64,000 nt of DNA, from contig CAZVZC010000002.1 in assembly GCA_964631415.1 (NCBI GenBank), positions 79,362-143,361 of the forward strand, written 5' to 3'. The DNA comes from an uncultured archaeon. GTDB taxonomy: Archaea; Asgardarchaeota; Thorarchaeia; Thorarchaeales; Thorarchaeaceae. Shown here one piece after another: positions 29,839 through 41,500 of the stretch. A program made the position numbers and the translations under genes. The notes beneath the pieces were generated by a model, which searched no databases, was not told where the DNA came from, and saw only the letters and a list, made by a program, of their open reading frames with translations. Numbering within the stretch: the stretch's first letter is position 1; each line of letters begins with the position of its first letter.

Positions 29839-31419
29839 CTATCGCTCCCTGAGCCGCGGGTTGAGAATTTGATCAAGAGTATGGCCAACAAACGTAAAGG
29901 ACAGCGAGAGGATGGTTATCATGAGGCCCGGGAATATCACAATCCACCAAGCTCCATTACTAAAACCTCCCGAGCCCTGAGCATCGGCCAACATTCGACC
30001 CCAGCTGGGTTGACTTGGATCGGTCAGGCCGAGAAACGCCAGTCCAGACTCGGAGAGGATAGCACCTACTACACCAAGAGTCACATCGGCGAACAAGATG
30101 GGCGTGACGTTTGGGAAGATGTGACGGTAGATGATGTAAGTGTCCGACGCCCCAATCGCGCGAGCTGACTCCACATAGGCCTTGTTCTTTTCGGCCATGA
30201 CTTGAGACCGTATGAGTCTCGACGTCCCAGTCCACCCTAGCAATGAAATCACAATAATGATGTTTATGATTGTTGGTCCCAAGAAAGCGGCCAATACCAT
30301 CATCAGGGGGAGTCCAGGTATCACAAGAAGGAAGTCGACAATACGCATCAGAATCTCGTCAGTCTTCCCTCCAAAGTAACCTGCGGTCATTCCGACAGCA
30401 ACACCAACTATCGAGGACAGAGCAGTCGCGAGGATGCCAATCAATAGAGAAACCCTACTACCATACACTAGCTGACTCCAAGCGTCAGCACCTTTGTCTG
30501 TCGTACCGAGGATTCCGAAGTAGTCTCCAAACGCGATCAGACTGAGCTTACGCACGCTGACTGTAACTGACCCGTTGTAGTCCATGTTTGTGCGCATGTT
30601 TCTGGACGGCACAAGACCAACTGCAAGGGTGAGTTCATTGCTGGGATCAGTATCCTTCACTATGCCTTCCCACCCCTCAAGAATATCGAAGTAGTTGAGG
30701 TCAACTGCACGTGTTTGGTAGATGGGAGCATAGGGAGGGTATGACTGGTAGATTCGCCACCAGTTGTCAGCCGAGTCGACAAGCCACATGTACAGCTTGA
30801 ACATTAACCCACCCTCTTCACGAGAGGCGAAGTCCCCTGTGGTTTCCATCGCAAATTCTATCGTGACGTTGACATCACTCGGCAGTTTAGCGTAATTCCA
30901 GTCGAATGAATACGAGAAGTACACGAAGTCAAGGCAATCAGGCAGGTTGCCTGTGCTGTCAATGGGCGTGCGAAAGTGTATTGTTTCGTTTGCCAGATGA
31001 GTCCAGGTCATCTCCGCTCGGTTGAAGTCAGTTCCGCCCCCTGACAGCAGATGAGAGTATGAAAACTGGTTCGGGACCGTCCCATTGATAACAAACTCAG
31101 GGGTCAAGCCCATATTGGGGTCTCTGATGACCTCAGATGTCACGACTCCGCCCGGATCGAAGACCTGCGTCCAAGCCGGGGCCAAGAAGCTCGGCGCAAC
31201 CTTGGCACCTGGTGAAGGGCTATACTGAACCAGATACGGGGCTCCAATAGCCATGCCGACGTATGCCAACAGAAGTGCTAAGCCAATGATACCGATTTTG
31301 TGCCGCTTGTACTCCTTCCAGAACGCCGTAGATGAAGTGTACCAGTTGCTGTCACGCCAGCTTTTCTTCGTCCTTTTCTCGAGCGTCAAACCCAACACCT
31401 GCGGATTCATGAGGAGCAA
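29839..31419 (-). CDS. oppC: Peptide ABC permease OppC, paralogue 1, with large extracellular insertion
   Basis: LGTTDKGAD..QLVYGSRVSL, YVESARAIGA (EAA loop), SWGRML, LNPRLR. Confidence 0.9.
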   Translation of the reverse strand: MLLMNPQVLGLTLEKRTKKSWRDSNWYTSSTAFWKEYKRHKIGIIGLALLLAYVGMAIGAPYLVQYSPSPGAKVAPSFLAPAWTQVFDPGGVVTSEVIRDPNMGLTPEFVINGTVPNQFSYSHLLSGGGTDFNRAEMTWTHLANETIHFRTPIDSTGNLPDCLDFVYFSYSFDWNYAKLPSDVNVTIEFAMETTGDFASREEGGLMFKLYMWLVDSADNWWRIYQSYPPYAPIYQTRAVDLNYFDILEGWEGIVKDTDPSNELTLAVGLVPSRNMRTNMDYNGSVTVSVRKLSLIAFGDYFGILGTTDKGADAWSQLVYGSRVSLLIGILATALSSIVGVAVGMTAGYFGGKTDEILMRIVDFLLVIPGLPLMMVLAAFLGPTIINIIIVISLLGWTGTSRLIRSQVMAEKNKAYVESARAIGASDTYIIYRHIFPNVTPILFADVTLGVVGAILSESGLAFLGLTDPSQPSWGRMLADAQGSGGFSNGAWWIVIFPGLMITILSLSFTFVGHTLDQILNPRLRER

Positions 31420-31627
31420 TACAATGCCGGAGGCTGAAAGGCATGTCTTGCCAGTCGGCCAAGTCAGCTAGGACCCCCGGTAAGGAGCCTGCGGCCTTTG
31501 GCATCCTTATCAACGTTATGTATTGAGCCATTCAAACCGCATCAGTTTTCACGATGAGGGATTGCAGGATAAGGATGGGAGAGGAAGAGCAGAGCCCAGC
31601 CGGGCTCCGCATTTCACTGCTCCTTGT

Positions 31628-32677
31628 CTACGCGTACTTGATGCGCGGATCAAGCACACCGTACAGCAGGTCCGCCACGAAGTTCGCCAGTATCGCAGTG
31701 ATGGCGATGATCATGAAGATTGACTGTACGACCGGATAGTCCAATGATAATAGGCTGGTGAAGATATATCGTCCCAAGCCGTACCATGTGAACACCGTTT
31801 CAGTCAGTGTCGCTCCATTGATGAGAAAGCCAAACGTGAGAGCGATTACCGTGACCATCGGCAACATGGCATTCTTCAGGCCATGCTTGTACAGAACTTG
31901 GTTCTCATCTAGCCCCTTGGCCCTCGCTGTGAGGATGTAGTCTTCCGTCATCACGTCAATCAGGTTGTTGCGCATGTAGAGGAAGTAACCACCATAGCCA
32001 CCAACGCCAAGAGCAATCATTGGAAGGAACAGATGGTGTAGAATGTCAGCAGCTATGATGAGACCTCCGAACGGACTCGCCTTCGCTATCGGCCACAGCT
32101 CGGTGTCAATCGTGCCATAGAGGGGAAACGAAATCCACCCACCTGTGATCGACGGTAAGTAGACCGCGAAGATCATCAGCAGCATCATTCCAAACCAGAA
32201 GATCGGCAGTGCATAGATGAAGAGTGCAACCGTGACTGCACTCACGTCCTTTCGAGAACCGGGGTCAGCAGCGACCTTCACACCAGTCCAGATGCCAAGC
32301 AGGATTGCTACAAGAGATGATGTGCCCATGAGCAGCAAGGTGTTAGGCAGTCGTGCCATTATCTCATCGATAACAGGCTGCCCGCTGATGAAGGACAGAC
32401 CGAAGTTGCCTGTGAACATGTTGACTAGGTAGCGCCAGAACATGTAGATCCAGTCGAAGATGTCGGGGTCAGGCACTAGACCGAATCTGAAGTAGAGCTG
32501 CTGAAGCATCTCTCGTGTGAGATTGCGTCGCATCTCTTCACTGATCATCAGGTCCACAGGGCTGACACCAAGCACAAGTGTCGGGAGTCTGAAGAGGAAG
32601 AAGTTGAAACATACCACAGCCACGATGAGTAGGAACATGTAGATGCTCCGTCTGATGACGTACTCTCGCAGACCCAA
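31628..32677 (-). CDS. oppB: Peptide ABC permease OppB
   Basis: GNFGLSF, RLPNTLLL, DYILTARAKGL, ETVFTWYGLG, DYPVVQ, LDPRIKY; TTG start after AGGAGTGA. Confidence 0.93.
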   Translation of the reverse strand: MGLREYVIRRSIYMFLLIVAVVCFNFFLFRLPTLVLGVSPVDLMISEEMRRNLTREMLQQLYFRFGLVPDPDIFDWIYMFWRYLVNMFTGNFGLSFISGQPVIDEIMARLPNTLLLMGTSSLVAILLGIWTGVKVAADPGSRKDVSAVTVALFIYALPIFWFGMMLLMIFAVYLPSITGGWISFPLYGTIDTELWPIAKASPFGGLIIAADILHHLFLPMIALGVGGYGGYFLYMRNNLIDVMTEDYILTARAKGLDENQVLYKHGLKNAMLPMVTVIALTFGFLINGATLTETVFTWYGLGRYIFTSLLSLDYPVVQSIFMIIAITAILANFVADLLYGVLDPRIKYA

Positions 32678-32868
32678 TCTTGTCACTCCTGTACTTACTA
32701 CTAGAACAGTACCTAGCCTCACGAGGTACTGACGGCATAACTGGTGCTTAGGTCCCTAATAAGTCTGACGTTCAGAGAATTCATGGCAGCCCGACAATCC
32801 GGTATGAGAGAATCCTGTAAAAGTGGGAGTCCGGGCCTAGTGGGCCCAGACTGCACACCCAAGAGATT

Positions 32869-34449
32869 CTACCGCTCTCGGAGCCGCGGGTTGAGGACTT
32901 GGTCAAGAGTGTGGCCGACAAACGTGAAGGCCAACGAGAGGCTAGTGATCATAAGGCCAGGGAAGACCACGACCCACCATGCCCCATTGGAAAATCCTCC
33001 TGACCCCTGGGCATCTGCGAGCATTCGTCCCCAGCTGGGTTTACTCGGATCAGTCAGACCGAGAAAAGCGAGTCCCGACTCAGATAGAATCGCGCCCACA
33101 ACACCCAGTGTGATGTTGGCAAAGAGGATTGGTGTGACATTGGGTAGGACATGTCTGAAGATGATGTAAGTGTCTGAAGCCCCAATCGCTCTCGCAGACT
33201 CCACGTAGGCCTTATTCTTCTCGGCCATAACTTGGGACCTGATTAGCCGCGAAGTGCCCGTCCACCCTAATATTGCTATGACAATAATGATATTCTCAAC
33301 GGTCGGCCCCAGGAATGCAGCCAAGACCATCATCAGTGGCAGACCAGGAATGACCAACAGGAAGTCCACAACACGCATTAGTATCTCGTCTACCTTGCCG
33401 CCGAAGTAACCCGCCACCAGACCCACTATCACGCCAACGACTGTAGAGAGAGCAGTGGCAAGGACACCGATTGTCAGAGAAACGCGGGAGCCATAGATGA
33501 GCTGGCTCCAAGCGTCAGCACCCTTGTCTGTCGTTCCAAGCAGTCCGTAGTAAGCGCCATAGCAAAACACGCTCAGCTTTGTGAACTTCGCGGTGACCGA
33601 GCCATTGTATGACCTCCACGGATACTCACCCCCGAAGTACCTGAACTCCTTCGTTGGAGCGATACCTACTCCGATCGTCAACGTATCTGTCGGGTCCTCT
33701 TGCGGAGCGCCCGTCTTCGAGTCTGGTACCATTCCACCCCAGCCAGCAAGCATGTCAAGCCAGCTCAGGTCAATGTTTCGGCTCTGTAGATCAGAAGAGT
33801 AAGGCGGGTACGACTTGTAAACCATCTTCCAGTTCCCTGACGAGTCTATCAGCCAGATGTAAATCTTGAACATCAGACCGGCATACTCACGAGTGGCGAA
33901 GTCTCCAGTTGTCGTCATGGAGAACTCAATAGTGATGTTAACATCGTTAGGCAGCCTTTCGGGCGTCCAGTCGATTGTTTCATTGAAGAACACGAAGTCG
34001 CGACAGTCAGGCATATCGCTCAATGGAATTGCCGGCACAACGAAGTCAAGCGTGTGGTTGGCCTCATGTGTCCAAGTGAGGTTCACATAACTGGGATCAG
34101 AGCTGCCTGTCGAGGCGTGGTGAGCATAGCCGAATTCATCCGGGTTTCCTCTGTACTCGAACACAGGTGCATTCGCCAGATATGGGTCAGACATGTACTC
34201 CCTCGATACCACTCCATTTGGGTCAAAGACCTGCATCCAAACAGGAGCCATAAAAGTCGGCGCAATCGTCGCGCCTGGAGAAGGGTCATTAGTGGCAATC
34301 CATGGTGCGCCCACAGCCATCACAAGGAAAAAGATCATCAAGATGATTCCAAAGACTCCAATTCGGTGCTTGCGGTACTCTCTGAAGAAACCGCTAAGAC
34401 TGACGTACCAGTTGCTGTCTTTCCAGCTACCCTTTCGCGTTTCGGACAA
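32869..34449 (-). CDS. oppC: Peptide ABC permease OppC, paralogue 2
   Basis: Same motifs as paralogue 1; membrane domain nearly identical, insertion divergent. Confidence 0.9.
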   Translation of the reverse strand: MSETRKGSWKDSNWYVSLSGFFREYRKHRIGVFGIILMIFFLVMAVGAPWIATNDPSPGATIAPTFMAPVWMQVFDPNGVVSREYMSDPYLANAPVFEYRGNPDEFGYAHHASTGSSDPSYVNLTWTHEANHTLDFVVPAIPLSDMPDCRDFVFFNETIDWTPERLPNDVNITIEFSMTTTGDFATREYAGLMFKIYIWLIDSSGNWKMVYKSYPPYSSDLQSRNIDLSWLDMLAGWGGMVPDSKTGAPQEDPTDTLTIGVGIAPTKEFRYFGGEYPWRSYNGSVTAKFTKLSVFCYGAYYGLLGTTDKGADAWSQLIYGSRVSLTIGVLATALSTVVGVIVGLVAGYFGGKVDEILMRVVDFLLVIPGLPLMMVLAAFLGPTVENIIIVIAILGWTGTSRLIRSQVMAEKNKAYVESARAIGASDTYIIFRHVLPNVTPILFANITLGVVGAILSESGLAFLGLTDPSKPSWGRMLADAQGSGGFSNGAWWVVVFPGLMITSLSLAFTFVGHTLDQVLNPRLRER

Positions 34450-34609
34450 ACACTGACCTCCATCTTTACAGTGGTAGGCAAGCGACGTTTCTCGCGCTGG
34501 ACCTCAACACGTCGCTCCTATTCGGTTCGAACGCCACCCCGCATGAGGAAGTCCCCTAAAAAACAGTTTGGTTTGAGTAAGGCTAGATGACAGTAGCCAA
34601 GTACTGCTA

Positions 34610-34927
34610 CTAGTCCTTCTCCCTGCCCACTTCCTCCTCGAACGGATCTTGGACAGTCATGTCGGTCTTAGCGGATGGGCTCCTAGCCTGTCGGGCCTTC
34701 ACTATGTCCTTTGTTCTCCTAGAAGCGGCCCACAGGTCTGCAAAGACCATGCCTACTAGAAAAATGGATAGGACGCCGGCCAGTGAAATCACAGCTCCGA
34801 TGAAGCCAGTCGACAACCACGGATGCATGTACACCAAGAGCATTCCCACGATAATCAGTACAACTGGCACGAGGAGTATGCGCTTGCGGGGTTCGCTGTG
34901 TGTTTCAGGAAACGACCTTACTGACAT
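34610..34927 (-). CDS. Small two-TM membrane protein
   Basis: Two hydrophobic helices, charged tail. Confidence 0.6.
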   Translation of the reverse strand: MSVRSFPETHSEPRKRILLVPVVLIIVGMLLVYMHPWLSTGFIGAVISLAGVLSIFLVGMVFADLWAASRRTKDIVKARQARSPSAKTDMTVQDPFEEEVGREKD

Positions 34928-35204
34928 ATTACCTGGAGCAGTCGAAGAGCACTGCTTTTACTCTTTTCGACCCGAGCCCTTGTCGGAAACACACTCCAGC
35001 CCTTTGTTCCTGCCCAACGGTCATCATTCAGCCAAGCGTCCTCTGATGACTCATCTGAGGCGGCTCATCCTTGACGAACAGACTGGTCTTCGGTCTGTCG
35101 TCGAAAGGAACATATTTAAGCCGACTGAAAAGCATCGACACTCCAGAAGGGTGAGTAAGGACCACACCCATGGTGACTTGAGAGCCCTGGCGGAGAATAC
35201 CAAC

Positions 35205-36194
35205 ATGCCTTTGCTCGATATCAGATCCCTACGCATGTATTATCAGACACAGAAAGGTCTGGTCAAGGCTGTGGACAATGTTTCGCTGCAACTAGAGGCC
35301 GGTGAGTCGCTTGGTCTCGCAGGGGAGAGTGGCTGCGGAAAGAGCAGCTTGGCGTACAGTGTTATGCAGCTTCTGCCTCCAGCCGCGAACATCGTTGGCG
35401 GCAACTGCTACTTCAAGGGTGAGGACCTTCTGCGAAAGAGCGCAAGGGAGATGCGTGACATCAGATGGAAGAACATCGCCATCGTCTTCCAAGGAGCCAT
35501 GAATGCTCTCAACCCAGTGTTTGAGATCGGTGCCCAGATCGCAGAAGCCATTCTGATGCATGAGAACGTGACCGAGGAAGAGGCCCTAGACCGCTGCGCA
35601 AAACTGTTCGAGATGGTCGGGCTTGACCCGGGTCGGATTCACAACTACCCACATGAGTTCAGCGGAGGAATGCGTCAAAGAGCCATGATCGCAATGGCGC
35701 TCGCCTGTAACCCGGACTTGGTCATTGCAGACGAGCCAACGACAGCACTAGACGTTACAATCCAGGCGCAGATACTGAAGCTTATGCAGAAGCTGCAGAA
35801 GGACTTGGGGCTCTCGCTCATGCTGATCACCCACGACCTCAGTGTTATCGCCGAAACCTGTGACAAGGTCGCAATCATGTACGCCGGACGGATTGCGGAA
35901 CTGGCAGATGTCGTTTCGGTCTTCAAGGATCCGATTCATCCATACGCCACAGGGCTCGTGGGTGCGATCCCAAGCATGGTGAAGGCTGAGAAGAAGACGC
36001 TCAGCTCAATCCCAGGTTCTCCACCTGATCTCATTGACCCACCAACTGGTTGTAGGTTTCATCCTAGGTGCCCATATGCCCAAGACATATGCTCCAAAGA
36101 GGAACCCAGCTTCGATGAGATTGAGCCAGGCAGATTCGTGTCATGTCACTTCGCTGCAAAGCTCAAGGGCCAGATCAAGTTGGAACTGGATTAG
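35205..36194 (+). CDS. oppD: Peptide ABC ATPase OppD
   Basis: [27 protein letters not shown]-terminal GCRFHPRCP...CH; true start ATG 35205. Confidence 0.95.
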   Translation: MPLLDIRSLRMYYQTQKGLVKAVDNVSLQLEAGESLGLAGESGCGKSSLAYSVMQLLPPAANIVGGNCYFKGEDLLRKSAREMRDIRWKNIAIVFQGAMNALNPVFEIGAQIAEAILMHENVTEEEALDRCAKLFEMVGLDPGRIHNYPHEFSGGMRQRAMIAMALACNPDLVIADEPTTALDVTIQAQILKLMQKLQKDLGLSLMLITHDLSVIAETCDKVAIMYAGRIAELADVVSVFKDPIHPYATGLVGAIPSMVKAEKKTLSSIPGSPPDLIDPPTGCRFHPRCPYAQDICSKEEPSFDEIEPGRFVSCHFAAKLKGQIKLELD

Positions 36195-36205
36195 GAGGAT
36201 AGATA

Positions 36206-37267
36206 ATGACAACGCAAGAAGGCAGATACCTAACCCAGATCGCTGAGGTGTCCGAGGGGCAGACTCTAGTGGCTGTAAAGGCTATGCGGAAGTGGTTCCC
36301 AGTCAATACGGGATTCCTCTCATCACTGCTATACAAGCAAGAGATGTACGTTAGAGCCGTGGACGGAGTCACCTTCGACATCAAGAAGGGTGAAATCCTT
36401 GTTCTTGCCGGCGAGTCAGGCTGTGGCAAGACGACAACTGGTCGATGCGTGCTCTACTTGGAAACCCCTACAGACGGCCAAGTAGTATACTCGGGGGTAG
36501 ATCTCTCCACACTGGACAGAGCTGAGATGAAGGAACTCAGAAAGAGAATGCAGATCACCTTCCAAGACCCCTACGAATCGTTGAACCCCAAGCAAAGCAT
36601 CTTCAGCATCGTTTCCGAGCCACTCACGATTCACAAGATACCTATGACTCCCAGTCAGAGAAGACAGAGAGTTCTGGAGGTGCTCGAGAGTGTCGCACTG
36701 ACCCCCCCTGAAGACTACATCGATAGGTATCCCCACGAACTGTCTGGTGGGCAGCGACAGAGGATATCGGTCGCGAGAGCGCTAATCCTTCACCCCGAGT
36801 TCATGGTCGCTGATGAGCCAGTATCAATGCTAGACGTTTCAATCAGAGCCGAAATCCTCAACCTGCTGCTGAAGCTCAGAAAGGATCTGGGTCTGACCTA
36901 CCTCTTCATCACTCACGATCTTGCTGTGGCAACCTACATCGCGGATCGCATAGCTATCATGTATCTGGGCAGAATCATGGAGATAGGGCCTGCCCACGAT
37001 GTGGCCTTCAGTCCCATGCACCCCTACACACGCGCATTGATATCAGCTGTACCGTCCGGGGACCCGACAGTGAAGCGTCGTGTCGAATCCTTGAAAGGTG
37101 AGCCGCCAAGCCCAATCAATGTACCTCCGGGTTGTAGATTTCATCCAAGGTGCCCATATGCCCAGGAGATCTGCGTCAGGGAGGTACCTGCCGACAGGGA
37201 CATGGGCGACGAGCACTATGTCGCATGCCACTTCGCTGGCGAGCTAGGCGAAAGTCCAATGGCGTGA
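36206..37267 (+). CDS. oppF: Peptide ABC ATPase OppF
   Basis: [35 protein letters not shown]. Confidence 0.95.
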   Translation: MTTQEGRYLTQIAEVSEGQTLVAVKAMRKWFPVNTGFLSSLLYKQEMYVRAVDGVTFDIKKGEILVLAGESGCGKTTTGRCVLYLETPTDGQVVYSGVDLSTLDRAEMKELRKRMQITFQDPYESLNPKQSIFSIVSEPLTIHKIPMTPSQRRQRVLEVLESVALTPPEDYIDRYPHELSGGQRQRISVARALILHPEFMVADEPVSMLDVSIRAEILNLLLKLRKDLGLTYLFITHDLAVATYIADRIAIMYLGRIMEIGPAHDVAFSPMHPYTRALISAVPSGDPTVKRRVESLKGEPPSPINVPPGCRFHPRCPYAQEICVREVPADRDMGDEHYVACHFAGELGESPMA

Positions 37268-37345
37268 CAGGTTTCTGCCGCTTTCAGGATGATTGCGCTC
37301 AGCGTTCAGTGCATACGTCGTTGAAAATCACTGGGAGGCACACAG

Positions 37346-37774
37346 GTGTCAGAACGACTCAGAGTATTGAAGGCAATAAGGAAATGCCTCTCGGACGCCC
37401 ACAGCTCCTTCCAAGAAGCCATGGATGTACTGGACGAGATGGGGAGAGGATCGGTCGGGGTGGGAATGACCCCACTTGTTGGAGGATTCGCCATGAAGGA
37501 TCCCAAGAGTGGCTACAGAACAGCTCTCATAAGCCTCGACTGTGCAGAAAAGGCTCTTCAGCCTCTAGCTGTGCGCCTACGTGATGGCAGGGTCAATGCG
37601 ACTCACTTCAGAGAGGAGCGAGCCATGAGCCTGCTTGGAGACCTGATCAACTTCGACTACGACGTGCTGATTAGCATGTTGTCCGAACGAAGAGGAAGAG
37701 AGTCTGTTTGGTACCGACTGAGTGAGCTCAGCAAGATAGCAGAGCAAGCCTACCAGCTGGTCTTGACAGAGTAG
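37346..37774 (+). CDS. Hypothetical alpha-helical protein
   Basis: 142-aa ORF with GGGAGG RBS; no recognised motif. Confidence 0.6.
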   Translation: MSERLRVLKAIRKCLSDAHSSFQEAMDVLDEMGRGSVGVGMTPLVGGFAMKDPKSGYRTALISLDCAEKALQPLAVRLRDGRVNATHFREERAMSLLGDLINFDYDVLISMLSERRGRESVWYRLSELSKIAEQAYQLVLTE

Positions 37775-37864
37775 CCTGCAGTCTACTTCGTACCAGCTGA
37801 CAAACATAATAACGCTACTATGCCCATGGGCATGTGAAAGCCAGAAAGGTGTGCGAAAGCATCG

Positions 37865-38536
37865 ATGACCATGCGACCTACTGAGGAAGAGCTCGTCACA
37901 CAGCTCCGCAGAGCATCTCGTCTTCTTGAACGACTGATTCAGTCGGTCCCCCGTATGAGCAGTGAACTGAGCCGCATGGAACAGGACTATGTCTTGAGAG
38001 AGGCTCCACCCAAAGTCGTCTACAAGCGTCGTAATCCGAGAGCCATCGTGTGCATCACTTCCGCTCTCATCCATAACGACCCGCTCGCGGCATCGTTGTC
38101 ACTCATCACCTACGGTGCTTCTTGGCCATCCCTCCTACGGGCTGGCGATCCCACCGAGTCGCCAGATACCTGCGAAACCATTGTGGACACCGTATTGCCC
38201 GAGGTCGCGAAACTGAGCGGCGATATCCTCGTGATGAACCTGAAGTGGGGGCGCATGCCAGACGATTTGGAGAAGGCCAAAGCCGCAATAGTCGGAACCA
38301 GGTTTATACTGGCAAGTAAAGAGAAGCTCGAGTCAATAAGGAAGTCGATCAGTGGCGCTGGCATGGAAGTCTTCTATGACGACGGGTTGTATGGTGGAGG
38401 ACTCCTTGCCTACGACTTGGTGAGAGCCCTCAACGAGAAAGCCGATGCTACTGTGGTTGAAGTCACACTCTCTAGGACTGCTGCTGAGAGTGCCAACATG
38501 ATTCAGTCTCTGCTTCGGGCAGTCACATCAATCTAG
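37865..38536 (+). CDS. Hypothetical alpha/beta protein, possibly a degenerate N-formylglutamate amidohydrolase / gamma-glutamyl hydrolase fold
   Basis: IVGT, GLYGGG, VVEVTLSR echo FGase motifs; metal-binding His residues not evident; 4 nt from the next gene. Confidence 0.4.
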   Translation: MTMRPTEEELVTQLRRASRLLERLIQSVPRMSSELSRMEQDYVLREAPPKVVYKRRNPRAIVCITSALIHNDPLAASLSLITYGASWPSLLRAGDPTESPDTCETIVDTVLPEVAKLSGDILVMNLKWGRMPDDLEKAKAAIVGTRFILASKEKLESIRKSISGAGMEVFYDDGLYGGGLLAYDLVRALNEKADATVVEVTLSRTAAESANMIQSLLRAVTSI

Positions 38537-38540
38537 GTGC

Positions 38541-41500
38541 ATGACCATGCCAGCGGAGCTTTCTGACAAGAAGGAAACGAAGCTGCCGTTTCCTCACGGT
38601 ATCGAGGTCGAGCTCCAGGTCATCAGAAAAGACGGCTCATGGATGAGAGGAGATGAGATCCTCAACGTCTTTGACAAAATGGTTTCTGGAGCCAAGGGGC
38701 TTCTGGACAAGAGAATACGAGCCGCCCAAGTGGACTCAGTGAGAAGGAAGTACAAACAGTCTTCCCAAACCGAAGAGGGCGAGAGAGGATCGAGAGTTGT
38801 GGCAAGCTACGAAGACCCTCAGGGAAGCATGAAGGAATACACACTCATCGGCCACGACCCGAACGTCACCAGCCTGACATGGATTCTCGAGGTGGCGACG
38901 CCCCCATGTACCACTCTGGAAGAACTAGCGTGGTGGGTACAGACTCTGGTTGCAATAACTCACGAGTCAATCCCAAAAGAGTCACGCGCAATCGTGGTTT
39001 CCACTGGCCTCAACCCGACGCAGGAGTATCTGAAGAACCTCTCATTTGGTGAACACCACCATATCCTGAGCAGTAGTGTGGATGACAAGGTCAGAATAGC
39101 AGTATACAACATGATACGCAACTTCGTCCCCCATCTCATCGCAATCTCGGTGAACTCACCCTTCGAGAGCAAGAAGCCGACAGACATTGTGAGCATTGAC
39201 GGCGATGGCCTAACACGGGCCCCCAAATGCAAACGATCAATACGACTGCTCAAGAACACAACGCAAATGGGTCCCGTCAACGAGTTCGAATTCATTCCCT
39301 ATATCAACAGTACGGACAAGGAGTCCTTTGCAAGGCATGTAAACAGAAGCTATGCACGCATGGTGGACGTCTATCCCTTCACTAACTACGGGACGATTGA
39401 AGTTCGCGTTTTCGACACTCAACTGTCCGTCCCTCGAAGAGTGAGTCTCGCGCTCATACTCCAAGCCCTCGCCCTGAGAGCGAAGAGGATGGTCGAGGCG
39501 GGACAGGAAATACCCGATGTCGGAGCTCGTTCACTTGCGGCAAACCGTGAGTCGGCAGTCGCAGCTGGACTCTGGGCGCCATTCAAACCCGGGGTCAGCG
39601 AGAAGAACGAGGAGTACATGGCAAGCTACAACGGCGCAGTGAAGGAGGACGGTACGTACGACAAGTCCCACCGTAGCAGATTCATCGGCGATGCAGTCGT
39701 TTCGATGTTTCACATGATCAGACAAGAGATGGAAGAACTCGGACTACTCGACAATCCGTTCATGCAGCCGTTATTTGTGTCCATCTTTGGCAGTGACTTC
39801 GTGACAGCCAAGACAACGGAGGCGGACTTCCAGCTTGAGGTTTATGCTAAGTCAGACATGAACATGATGGTTCTGTTGAACCGGCTCGCGGACATAACAC
39901 GGGAGTGCTGCACCAACTGGCTCTACGACCCGCTAGAGGGCACTCCTCATCTGCCAACATGGCTCTGCTGGTGGAAAGGACTTGAACCTGAGATAACTAC
40001 GGATTCCGAAAGGACGTTCGGAGGTCAAGAGGCAGAGTTCTCAATCTCACTCAAGAACTCAAGTGACAGGGACATCTCCGATCTGACGATAACATACACG
40101 GTTGAGGACTCGGACAGACATGTCGTGGACCAAAATGTTATTCCCATAGCCGAGCTTGAAGCGGGCGAAGTCCATGTGGCCAGAGTTTCGTTCAAGACGA
40201 GGAGCACGGCCTCCGCCTACAACGTCATAGCTGTTGTCGAGGCCGCGGGGAAGAGAATCAACAAGACCGCAACAATCAACATATTCTGGTTGAGAGCAAC
40301 CGTGCGACCCTCCGCCACAACGCAGTATGCGGATGGTCGGAGCCACATCAGCTTCTCGGGTGAGATTGAAACCAACTACCCCCACGTCACTAAGTTAACA
40401 GCAAAGATAGCAGTGGTTGCTCAGGCCAGAGGGAGTCTGTTGGGAGAGGTGACGCGCTCGATTGTTGTGGAGATAGGTGAGGTGTTCATCTTTGATGAGT
40501 CGGGCATCCCGCCAATCATCGTACCACCAGATCCGTCGCTGAGTGTTGAGAGATGCTTCCTCCGCATGACTCTGTCAGACCAGAGTGGCAATGAAATCAC
40601 GACGGCCACGTCGAGACCGTTCTACATAGGGTTCATCCAACGGGGACCACGAGTCTTGCTCCGAACTGATGCCAAAACCGTTCATACACCCGGTGATGTG
40701 TTGCACGGAGAAACGGAGCTGAAAGGGAGAGGAGCAGGTCTCCCCGAAGGTACGCGGCTAACGATATCGTTCGTTACAGAATCAGGTGTTTCTCACTCCA
40801 TCACGGACGTAAGTGCGTCAAGACTGCTTTCCGAGTCAATCAGGTTCGAGTGGCGAATACCCGCAATCGAATCAGATGAGATCTCTGACAGAACAGGTGT
40901 GGTCGTCGCCTCGCTTAGAAGTGGGAGCGGCGAAATCTCACATGCAGAGTCAGCAAGGCTGCGGATTGCGGATCTGGGCGTCAGAATCAGCATCCTTTCT
41001 CTTAGGGCACCTGAGATGTCACACGTTGGAGGTCCCATATCCGGATGGCTGAGGATAAGGAGGAGCTCTGACTTGGGAGAGCCGGCCACCCTTGTAATGA
41101 AGTTCGTGTTTCCGGACGGCGAGGAGCACAAGGCCTTCACCCAAGCCATCAAACAGAACCGGAACCTCTCAGTTGCCTATGGTCCTATTCTGATCCCGAT
41201 GCCGCAGGCATCAAATGCAGACAAGGTGACACTTGTGGCCGAGGTCCTCTATGCCGGTGCCTTGATGGACCGGCAAGCTGCCGACATCATGCTGGCAGGC
41301 GGGCCGGTTGATGAGAGACTGAGCCTGAGCTTCAGTGGAGTGTCAAAGTTCGTGATCCCTGACGAGCTTGTACACGCGGCGGTCCACCTTACGAACACTT
41401 CTTCGGAGCGGGTGAACTGTCATCTTTCATTGGTGCTCGAGTCGATAGCAGAAACAGAGAATCTGCTTGACCAACAGGTCGAACTTGGTCCCGAGCAGAC

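Noticed and set aside
34659-35204. N-terminal extension of OppD (511 aa)
   Set aside because: Overlaps an opposite-strand membrane gene and the promoter region; the ABC domain begins at 35205.
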